Assembly (NCBI GenBank): GCA_003246295.1
Contig: QKAS01000057.1
Location: 969 to 32,968 of the forward strand
Direction: 5' to 3'
Origin: Clostridia bacterium
GTDB lineage: Bacteria > Bacillota > Clostridia > Lachnospirales > Lachnospiraceae
Length of the DNA stretch: 32,000 nt
Shown: positions 25,413 through 32,000 of the stretch, in pieces
Layout: each line of letters opens with the position of its first letter
Position numbering within the stretch: position 1 is the stretch's first letter
Translations under genes and position numbers: made by a program
The notes under the pieces: model-generated
Seen by the model: only the letters and a program-made list of their open reading frames with translations
What the model was told of the DNA's origin: nothing
The model's database searches: none

Positions 25413-26591
25413 ATGAATAATTTTGTATACCATACCCCTACTCAAGTAGTATTTGGAGAGCAGGCAGAAAAACAAGTAAGTGATTTAGTACGTACGTATG
25501 GCGGAAGTAAGGTACTCATTCATCACTATGGAAATGAAGTATCTTCTATAAGTACGCTGATAGACAGGGTAAAAGAGGCTCTCTCAGCAGCGCAAATCGA
25601 TTATGTTTGCTTAGATGGTATTGTGCCTAATCCACGCCTAAGCAAGGTTTATGAAGGAATTAAGCTATGCAAAGAAGAAAAAGTGGACTTTATATTAGCC
25701 ATTGGTGGAGGGAGTGCTATTGATTCTGCCAAAGCCATTGGTCTAGGTGCTTCGAATGAAGGTGACGTATGGGACTTCTATACAGGTAAACGTATTCCGA
25801 AGCGATGCATCTCAGTGGGTACAATCCTGACTATTCCTGCATCTGGTAGTGAGATGAGTAGTGGTTCAGTTATTACAAAAGAAGAGGATGCTTCGAAATG
25901 TGTTTGCTTTCATCCTTCTACAGCTTGTAAATTTGCGATTATGAATCCAGACATTACGTTATCTCTTCCTACTTATCAAACAGCATGTGGGTGTGCAGAT
26001 ATTTTAATGCATACTTTAGAACGTTACTTTGCACCAGGTGAACATTTAGAACTTACAGACCAAATCAGTGAAGGCTTAATGCGTACGGTTATAAAGCAGG
26101 CTAAAGTTCTAAGAAAAGATTCTCAAAATAGAGCGGCAAGATGGGAAGTGATGTGGGCAGGAAGTTTATCACACAATGGTCTCACAGGATGTGGAATGGA
26201 CTTTACAGACTATCCTATTCACGATTTGGGACATGAATTAAGTGCTCATTTTGATGTAACACATGGTGCTTCACTAACAGCGATTTATGATGCTTGGGCA
26301 AGATATACTTTACATAAAATACCAGAACGTTTTAGTAAATTTGCCATTAATGTATGTGGAATTGAAGCAGAAGGGACAAAAGAGGAAATAGGTTTTAAAG
26401 GAATTGAAGCATTGAGGGCATTCTTTAAATATATTGGTGTACCCACAACTATGGGAGACTTGAAGCTTTGTATAGATGAGGAAACACTGAATCAGATGGC
26501 AACAAGTGCATCTCAATATAGTAGGCAGAATCCCGAGTTTACCTATGCGTTAACCAAAGAAGATGCATTAGTTATTTTTAAAAGTAAATAA
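25413..26591 (+). CDS. Iron-containing (group III) alcohol dehydrogenase, of the butanol/1,3-propanediol dehydrogenase type.
   Basis: The motifs AIGGGSAIDSAKAIG and HDLGHELSAHFDVTHGASL are present. The protein is 392 aa. Confidence 0.88.
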   Translation: MNNFVYHTPTQVVFGEQAEKQVSDLVRTYGGSKVLIHHYGNEVSSISTLIDRVKEALSAAQIDYVCLDGIVPNPRLSKVYEGIKLCKEEKVDFILAIGGGSAIDSAKAIGLGASNEGDVWDFYTGKRIPKRCISVGTILTIPASGSEMSSGSVITKEEDASKCVCFHPSTACKFAIMNPDITLSLPTYQTACGCADILMHTLERYFAPGEHLELTDQISEGLMRTVIKQAKVLRKDSQNRAARWEVMWAGSLSHNGLTGCGMDFTDYPIHDLGHELSAHFDVTHGASLTAIYDAWARYTLHKIPERFSKFAINVCGIEAEGTKEEIGFKGIEALRAFFKYIGVPTTMGDLKLCIDEETLNQMATSASQYSRQNPEFTYALTKEDALVIFKSK

Positions 26592-26599
26592 AAGATAAA

Positions 26600-27184
26600 G
26601 ATATAAAATACATAACATGGACATCTTCGTGTAACTGCTTTGATTTTACTGATACATCATTCATATTTGCAGATGTACCAGTAATTGTGTAACGTAGCTA
26701 CTATTCGTATAGACTCCGGTACGAACCTTCGTTTCGAAGTACCACTCATTGCTTTTCTTTGTCTGATGTATTTCAAGATCACGTTTATCTTCCAGGTTTT
26801 TGGTTGATATTGGTGCGGTTATAATACTTGCATCAACGATAGTGCCTTCATGCATCATAAAGCCAGATTCATAAAGACGCTTATTAACATCTGCAAAGAT
26901 TTTCTCACCAATCTTGTGGCGGAACTTAAGCAGAGTAGTTGCATCAGGCATTCGCTGCTCATTGAAAACTATATGGATAAATGAGTGATAGCATAGCTGT
27001 CATAAATAGAATTTTCGATTCCTTCATCTTTTGCTTTTCTTGCTGCATCTCTTGCTCTTTGGGCCAAAACGGCCTTTTCATATATCAATTTGGAACCTAT
27101 CTTCTCAATCACTGTCAAACAGGAATATGTCCGATGAAGAATTAGCAGCTTACTCTTCATGGAACAAAGAAGTGAAAGCTGCAT
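26600..27184 (-). pseudogene. Degenerate IS5-family transposase gene, frameshifted and 3'-truncated.
   Basis: On the minus strand, ENSIYDSYAITHLSI* is followed after a frame change by FNEQRMPDATTLLKFRH...GTIVDASIITAPISTKN...RDLEIHQTKKSNEWYFETKV, which is the IS5 pattern. A further frame change gives TSANMNDVSVKSKQLHEDVH. No complete DDE domain remains. Confidence 0.65.
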
Positions 27185-27217
27185 GTAGTAACAAAGTTGA
27201 ATAAACAGTAAAAGTTA

Positions 27218-27250
27218 CGGAATTCTGATTTTTGAATTCCGGATTTTTTT
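27218..27250 (+). terminator. Orphan canonical intrinsic terminator.
   Basis: CGGAATTC (27218-27225) pairs perfectly with GAATTCCG (27234-27241) around an 8-nt loop, followed by GATTTTTTT. No intact + strand gene lies upstream of it. Confidence 0.6.
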
Positions 27251-27314
27251 ATGAGTTATACCCTGAAATTAAGCTCTTGCTTTTATTAAAAGTACAATAG
27301 GATATGAATACGAA

Positions 27315-27351
27315 GATATTCAAATCACTGGATTTGAGAAAAGATCATTTC
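27315..27351 (+). pseudogene. A 37-nt relic of a second, related copy of the polyvalent methylase gene.
   Basis: 27315-27351 (GATATTCAAATCACTGGATTTGAGAAAAGATCATTTC) matches 20232-20268 (GATATTCGAATCACTGGATTTGAGAAAACTTCATTTC) at 34 of 37 positions. The latter encodes DIRITGFEKTSF in the methylase. Confidence 0.7.
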
Positions 27352-27411
27352 TAAAACAAGACTACTTGTAAAAGTTCCATGAACAGCAGTAAGTGACGAA
27401 GATATATATCT

Positions 27412-27453
27412 ATATCTGTATATAATAGACATAGATATATCTGTATATAATAG
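27412..27453. repeat. Two copies of a 17-bp direct repeat, ATATCTGTATATAATAG, 25 bp apart and ending at the -35 box.
   Basis: The copies are at 27412-27428 and 27437-27453. Each contains a TATAAT hexamer. Confidence 0.8.
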
Positions 27454-27482
27454 TTGACAAATTATATGTAAAGTGATATATT
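27454..27482 (+). promoter_or_regulatory. Near-consensus sigma-A type promoter with an extended -10.
   Basis: TTGACA (27454-27459), a 17-nt spacer, and TGaTATATT (TG at 27474-27475, -10 at 27477-27482). It lies 125 nt upstream of the TSUP gene. Confidence 0.65.
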
Positions 27483-27483
27483 G

Positions 27484-27499
27484 ATTGAAACGTTTCAAT
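27484..27499. promoter_or_regulatory. 16-bp perfect palindrome, ATTGAAACGTTTCAAT; a LacI-family-type operator overlapping the predicted transcription start.
   Basis: The perfect dyad is centred on CG. The TGAAAC/GTTTCA half-sites resemble LacI-family operators (for example Cra/FruR-like boxes). It starts 2 nt after the -10 hexamer. Confidence 0.55.
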
Positions 27500-27606
27500 A
27501 ATGGTGTTTACTGATTAATACAGAAGACATTGATTTTGCTAATACAAATTCTTTGGAACAGATTTGTTAATTTTTGAAAAAGATCAGCTAGTAAGGAGAA
27601 GAAATA

Positions 27607-28311
27607 ATGATAGTTTTGTACGGAATAGTAATTATATTTGCATATGTAATACAGACTATATTTGGATTTGCAGGAACTGCGATTATTACTCCGTTATTAT
27701 TTCTTATTGTAGGTGCAGATACAACCGTTGCAGTAACCGGTATGCTTGGAGCAATTGGGTGTGGAACCGCAGTAATAAAGGTGCGAAAAAATATTTTATT
27801 TCAAGAGGTATGGAAAATAATACCACTTATGATTGCAGGAATAATCATTGGTTTTTATCTAAGAACGGTTGTGACAATGGGATATCTTGTAAAATTATAT
27901 GGGATTTTTATAATGGGAGTTTCCTGTGTTATGTTTATTACGAATGGAAGAATACGGCTGTCAAGAAATGTTAATTGCTTGCTACTGCTTTGTGCTGGGG
28001 TTATTCATGGTTTATTTGTTTGTGGAGGACCACTATTGGTTCTATATGCCATGCAGGCCATTCCACAAAAAGAACATTTTCGTGCTACGATCAATTTTAT
28101 ATGGATGATTTTAAATGCTATCCTAGTTATAGGACATTTTAGAGAAGGTTTATATACAGGGTCTTTTTTTTATTATGAAGGAATTGCGATTATTATGGCT
28201 GGTATGGGGATATATGCAGGAGAAATTATTAACAAACGTATTATGCAAAAGGGATTTATGAAAGCTGGAAGCGTGCTACTGTTTGTAACTGGCTTACTTC
28301 TTCTAAAATAA
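27607..28311 (+). CDS. TSUP-family (TauE/SafE-like) membrane transporter.
   Basis: A 234-aa polytopic membrane protein. The N-terminal pattern (YVIQTIFGFAGTAIITPLLFL) and the second-half repeat (GVIHGLFVCGGPLLVLY) are typical of TSUP permeases. AAGGAG lies upstream of ATG 27607. Confidence 0.75.
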   Translation: MIVLYGIVIIFAYVIQTIFGFAGTAIITPLLFLIVGADTTVAVTGMLGAIGCGTAVIKVRKNILFQEVWKIIPLMIAGIIIGFYLRTVVTMGYLVKLYGIFIMGVSCVMFITNGRIRLSRNVNCLLLLCAGVIHGLFVCGGPLLVLYAMQAIPQKEHFRATINFIWMILNAILVIGHFREGLYTGSFFYYEGIAIIMAGMGIYAGEIINKRIMQKGFMKAGSVLLFVTGLLLLK

Positions 28312-28416
28312 ATAAAAGTGAATGTGTAATAATGTTCGAATACCAAATATAATTCTCGTTCTGTCGTCCAAGTTTTTGAAAATGAGCAGGGTAGCTTATC
28401 AGCAGATAGATATTTC

Positions 28417-28577
28417 TATTCGGCTGAACGATATAGGCGATTGTCTTTAAGCAATGCGAAGACTAACCGCACAAGTTTACGAGCAGCTAATGCGAGTGCA
28501 CGTTTGTGTTGATATCTGTTCACCTCTTTGTACTTTTGGTGATAGAAAATTTTGTACTCCTTGTCGCATCTTACAAG
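28417..28577 (-). pseudogene. 3' remnant of an IS110-family transposase gene.
   Basis: The minus strand reads LVRCDKEYKIFYHQKYKEVNRYQHKRALALAARKLVRLVFALLKDNRLYRSAE*, with the stop at 28417-28419. This is the characteristic IS110 C-terminal tail. No upstream catalytic region is present. Confidence 0.65.
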
Positions 28578-28657
28578 AAAGAACGTAGCTTCGTATAGAT
28601 AATACTTTAAAAATTGGAATCATGTATCAAAAAATATATTAAGAGGAGAACCAATGT

Positions 28658-30145
28658 ATGAAATTAGAATTTGAGTATGGTCAGGGGACTATGAGTGCAG
28701 AATTACCCGATAATACAGATGTTTTTATTCCAGGAGAGACGGTAAAAGACCCGGAATTCATATCGGAAGATAAGCTGGAGGAGGCGTATTTGGAAAGTCT
28801 TGCGCATCCAATTGGTATGTTAACATTAACAGAAATGGCACATAAGGGAAGTACAGCTGTGTTTATTATTCCAGATCGTGTAAAAGGTGGAGAACAGTCA
28901 ACAAGTCACAGAAAATTAAGTATAAAATATATTCTGAAGGAGCTTTATGCTGCGGGAGTAGAGAAAAAAGATATTCTTTTTGTTATTTCGAATGGATTAC
29001 ATCCAAGAAGTAAAGAAGCCGATGCAAAAGCAATTTTCGGAATAGAGTTATTCGATGAATTCTGGTTTACCGGACAAATTATCAGTCATGACAGTGAAGA
29101 TCAAGAAAACATGGTATATCTTGGCACAACACGCAGAGGCGACCCGGTATATATGAATAAGTATGTATTCGACTGTGATATTCCAATATTGATTGGACAT
29201 GTTCAAGGAAATCCATATGGTGGATATTCTGGTGGTTATAAACATAGTGCCACTGGAATTACAAATTGGGAATGCATTGCAAGTCATCATGTTCCTTCTG
29301 TAATGCATAGAGATGATTTTACTCCAGTAAACGGTGGAAGTCTTATGAGAGATAAATTTAATGAGATTAGTATGTATATGGAAGAGAAAATGGGACATCC
29401 ATTTTTCTGTTGTGACGCAGTATTAGATACCAGCTCAAGACAGATTGCTATTTATACCGGATATGCAAAAGAAATGATGCCAATCAGCTGGAAATGCGCA
29501 GATAAAAGAACTTATGTACATTGGGCAGAGAAAAAATATGATGTGCTTGTATTTGGTATGCCACAGAAATTCCATTATGGAGATGGAATGGGAACAAATC
29601 CGATTATGATGATGCAGGCATTAAGTGCGCAGGTATTACGATTTAAACGTATTATGAGTGATAAATGTGTAATAATTTGTGCATCGACGTGCAATGGCTA
29701 TTTTCATGATGAGTTGTGGCCATATTTAAGAGAACTTTATACTATGTTTCAGCATGATCATATGTATACCTTGCCCGATATGAACCGATATGGGGAGTAC
29801 TTCGCAACTAATGAAGATTATATACGTAAGTATCGTTTTTGTAATGCATTTCATCCTTTTCATGGATTTTCTATGATGTCCTGTGGTCATATTGCAGAAA
29901 TTAATACCAGTGCAATCTATATTGTTGGAGCAGAAGAACCAGGATATGCACGGGGTATGGGATTAAAGACCAGAGAGTCCTTTGAGGAGGCTTTAGCGGA
30001 TGCTAAAAAGAAATTTGTTGGACATAATCCTAATATTTTGGCTCTTCCAATGACATTTAAAAAGGCGGCCGTACATCTTTGTATGAAAAACCCGAAGGAT
30101 GACAGTATGGATGAATCTGGGCACAGATATGGTGGCTGTTGCTAG
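28658..30145 (+). CDS. LarA-like (DUF2088, nickel-pincer-dependent racemase/epimerase family) protein.
   Basis: The N-terminus (EFEYGQGTMSAELPDNTDVFIP) and the core (IGHVQGNPYGGYSGGYKHSATGITNWECIASHH) resemble the LarA H...GFSGG.K...H region. AGAGGAG lies 9 nt before ATG 28658. Confidence 0.7.
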   Translation: MKLEFEYGQGTMSAELPDNTDVFIPGETVKDPEFISEDKLEEAYLESLAHPIGMLTLTEMAHKGSTAVFIIPDRVKGGEQSTSHRKLSIKYILKELYAAGVEKKDILFVISNGLHPRSKEADAKAIFGIELFDEFWFTGQIISHDSEDQENMVYLGTTRRGDPVYMNKYVFDCDIPILIGHVQGNPYGGYSGGYKHSATGITNWECIASHHVPSVMHRDDFTPVNGGSLMRDKFNEISMYMEEKMGHPFFCCDAVLDTSSRQIAIYTGYAKEMMPISWKCADKRTYVHWAEKKYDVLVFGMPQKFHYGDGMGTNPIMMMQALSAQVLRFKRIMSDKCVIICASTCNGYFHDELWPYLRELYTMFQHDHMYTLPDMNRYGEYFATNEDYIRKYRFCNAFHPFHGFSMMSCGHIAEINTSAIYIVGAEEPGYARGMGLKTRESFEEALADAKKKFVGHNPNILALPMTFKKAAVHLCMKNPKDDSMDESGHRYGGCC

Positions 30146-30545
30146 ACAAGAAATAACTGAAATAACACATATGTAAATTATATCCTCTCAGCGGATTAGT
30201 GAAATTATTAATAGATTGCTTATGCTTTTGTGGGAATTTTTTTTTGCAGACAATCGAAAACTTTCATTTCGTAATCTGCGAGACGGATGCGTTTTAGAAA
30301 AAGGAGAATCTTAGAAAGAGCAATTACTTGCCCTATTTTACTTAGAGAATCCTTTTTTGTATCTCATCCTGTAACTCTGATTTCAATTGCATAAAATTGG
30401 ACCATTCTTCATCGGATAATGTTAACACATGAGAATAAGAAGAACCATGATCATGAAAACAGAGGCTACTATTGATTATAACAAAGCTTGTATGGAAAGG
30501 AGAGAATTGATGTATTAGGGACTAAATATATCAATCAAGAAAGAT

Positions 30546-32000
30546 ATGAGAGAAGTAATGAATATGAATCAAGGGTGGCTGTTTCATTTAGGAGAAATTT
30601 CTTATGATGAACTAAATGGCCATTATGCAACTTACATGCACGCTAAGGCACAGAGTGGACGAGGTGCTGCACAGGAATTATTTTATGATGAAGATTTTAG
30701 AAAGGTGAATCTTCCACATGATTATGTGATTGAACAGGAACCATCACAACGATACAATGAAGCACAAGGTGGATATTTCCGTGATAATGCGTGGTATCGT
30801 AAGCATTTCCAACTTCCAGTATCTGATGAAGGCAGGAGAATTGTGATTTTGTTCGATGGAGTTGGAAGGAAAACGGAAGTTTGGGTAAATGGGCAACCAG
30901 CAGGAAAAAATGATAGTATGTATAACAGTTTTTATATGGATATTACACCTTATCTACATTATGGTGAAGAAGATAATGTTATTGCGGTACATATTCAAAA
31001 TGAGGATGACGCAGAAGGCTGGTGGTATGAAGGTGCTGGAATTTACCGTAATGTTTGGATGATTAAGACGAGCGTCACATCAATGGATGTCTGGGGACTT
31101 CGTATTCGTCCACATAAAATTAAAGAGAGTCTCTGGAAGGTTGGAATGGATATAGACCTCTATCATATGGAGAAACCACAGAATGTTAAAATCATATGTA
31201 CATTAAGAGATGAAAATGGACAGGATACCATGTCGGTATCCTCCACTGTATTAGCACAGTTTGGAAGAAACAATTATACGATGGAACTTGTGGTAAATGA
31301 TCCACATCTGTGGAATCTAGACTATAGTGTGCTGTATGAGATGGTAGCAGATGTTTGGGTGGATGGTGTACTTGAAGATAGCGTTAAGGAGAAATTTGGA
31401 TTCCGAGTAGCTCATTTTGACCCTGATAGCGGCTTTCATCTTAATGGGAAACCGATAAAAATACGTGGGGTCTGCATACACCAGGATCACGCAAGGCTTG
31501 GGGTGGCAGTGCCTGCTAATGTTTTGGAATTCCGGCTGCAACAGCTGAAACGCGCAGGCGTGAATGCTTATCGCTGCGCACATCACAATCCAGCACCTGA
31601 ATTATTGGATTTATGTGATAAGATGGGAATTTTAGTGCTTGATGAGAACCGATGGTTTAATTGTAGCGAAGAAACTTTGAAACAGGTTCGATTCATGTGC
31701 TGTAGAGATATGAACCATCCAAGTGTAATACTATGGTCAATAGGAAATGAGGAACCACTACAAAGCACGAAAATGGGAAGAGAGTTGGTACGCCAGCTCA
31801 GGGAATTTGTGCGCCGAATTGATCCGTTGCGACCGGTTACAATTGCCTTAAACGGTGGATTTTATAATTCATATGCAGCAACAGAATCAGACGTTGTTGG
31901 AATTAATTACCGTATTTCCGAATATAAGAAGATGCATGAAATTCATAAGGGGAAAGCAATTATTGCAACAGAAAGCGGTGCGTCAGATAATGACAGAGGA
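30546..32000 (+). CDS. Glycoside hydrolase family 2 protein (beta-galactosidase / beta-glucuronidase-like), 5' partial; it runs off the window.
   Basis: The frame is open from ATG 30546 (alternative starts at 30558 and 30564) to the window end. Motifs seen are NQGWLF, VILFDGVGRKTEVWVNGQPAG, GWWYEGAGIYRNVWM, GVCIHQDHARLGVAVP, RCAHHNPAPELLDLCDKMGILVLDENR and the canonical acid/base motif WSIGNEE (31734-31754). This ORF is absent from the supplied track because it is incomplete. Confidence 0.85.
   Translation, partial: MREVMNMNQGWLFHLGEISYDELNGHYATYMHAKAQSGRGAAQELFYDEDFRKVNLPHDYVIEQEPSQRYNEAQGGYFRDNAWYRKHFQLPVSDEGRRIVILFDGVGRKTEVWVNGQPAGKNDSMYNSFYMDITPYLHYGEEDNVIAVHIQNEDDAEGWWYEGAGIYRNVWMIKTSVTSMDVWGLRIRPHKIKESLWKVGMDIDLYHMEKPQNVKIICTLRDENGQDTMSVSSTVLAQFGRNNYTMELVVNDPHLWNLDYSVLYEMVADVWVDGVLEDSVKEKFGFRVAHFDPDSGFHLNGKPIKIRGVCIHQDHARLGVAVPANVLEFRLQQLKRAGVNAYRCAHHNPAPELLDLCDKMGILVLDENRWFNCSEETLKQVRFMCCRDMNHPSVILWSIGNEEPLQSTKMGRELVRQLREFVRRIDPLRPVTIALNGGFYNSYAATESDVVGINYRISEYKKMHEIHKGKAIIATESGASDNDRG

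Noticed and set aside
27564-28108. ORFs 27564-27974 and 27926-28108, which overlap the TSUP gene in other frames.
   Set aside because: Their products are C/R/N/Y-rich and not protein-like. The TSUP frame gives a coherent polytopic membrane protein with a good SD.
30342-30465. A short minus-strand reading, ...HVLTLSDEEWSNFMQLKSELQDEIQKRIL*, upstream of the second GH2 gene.
   Set aside because: It is protein-like, but it is only about 40 codons long, has no in-frame start codon and matches no family I recognise. It may be another gene relic but is not supportable as a feature.

Overview
The window has two parts. Bases 1 to ~21,800 are the + strand backbone of a Firmicutes/Clostridia-type conjugative element (an ICE or conjugative plasmid). 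In order it carries a DUF5688-like gene, a RadC-like JAB gene and a toprim/DUF3991 primase-like gene. Next is a 390-bp non-coding region with a ~32-bp-periodic repeat array (candidate oriT or iterons). After that come MobC, a MobA/VirD2-type relaxase, two unknowns, PcfB, a VirD4/TraG coupling ATPase, a Maff2 pilin-like protein, a VirB6/TrbL-like protein, DUF4313, a PrgI/VirB3-like protein, a VirB4 ATPase, a CD1108-like membrane protein without a hydrolase domain, and a 1280-codon ArdC-like/N6-adenine-methylase polyvalent ORF. Many neighbouring genes overlap stop to start, which suggests translational coupling. No integrase, tRNA, rRNA or CRISPR array was recognised. The finding I rate highest is a complete TnpV-like 121-codon ORF with its own SD-like box, nested in the +1 frame inside the low-complexity linker of the polyvalent ORF (18592-18957). 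The polyvalent ORF ends at an in-frame TGA (21597). Recognisable homologous coding continues in the same frame for ~190 nt and then stops, which marks the truncated right edge of the element. From ~22.0 kb onward the window is a mosaic of carbohydrate and accessory genes. It holds a clearly more AT-rich block (AraC regulator divergent from a GH2 hydrolase, plus an Fe-alcohol dehydrogenase) and a frameshifted IS5-like remnant. It also holds a 37-nt relic of a second methylase gene copy, and a near-consensus promoter followed by a 16-bp LacI-type palindrome. These are followed by a TSUP permease, an IS110 3' remnant, a LarA-like (DUF2088) protein and a second, partial GH2 gene. All family assignments come from motifs read by eye and remembered family patterns; no searches were run.
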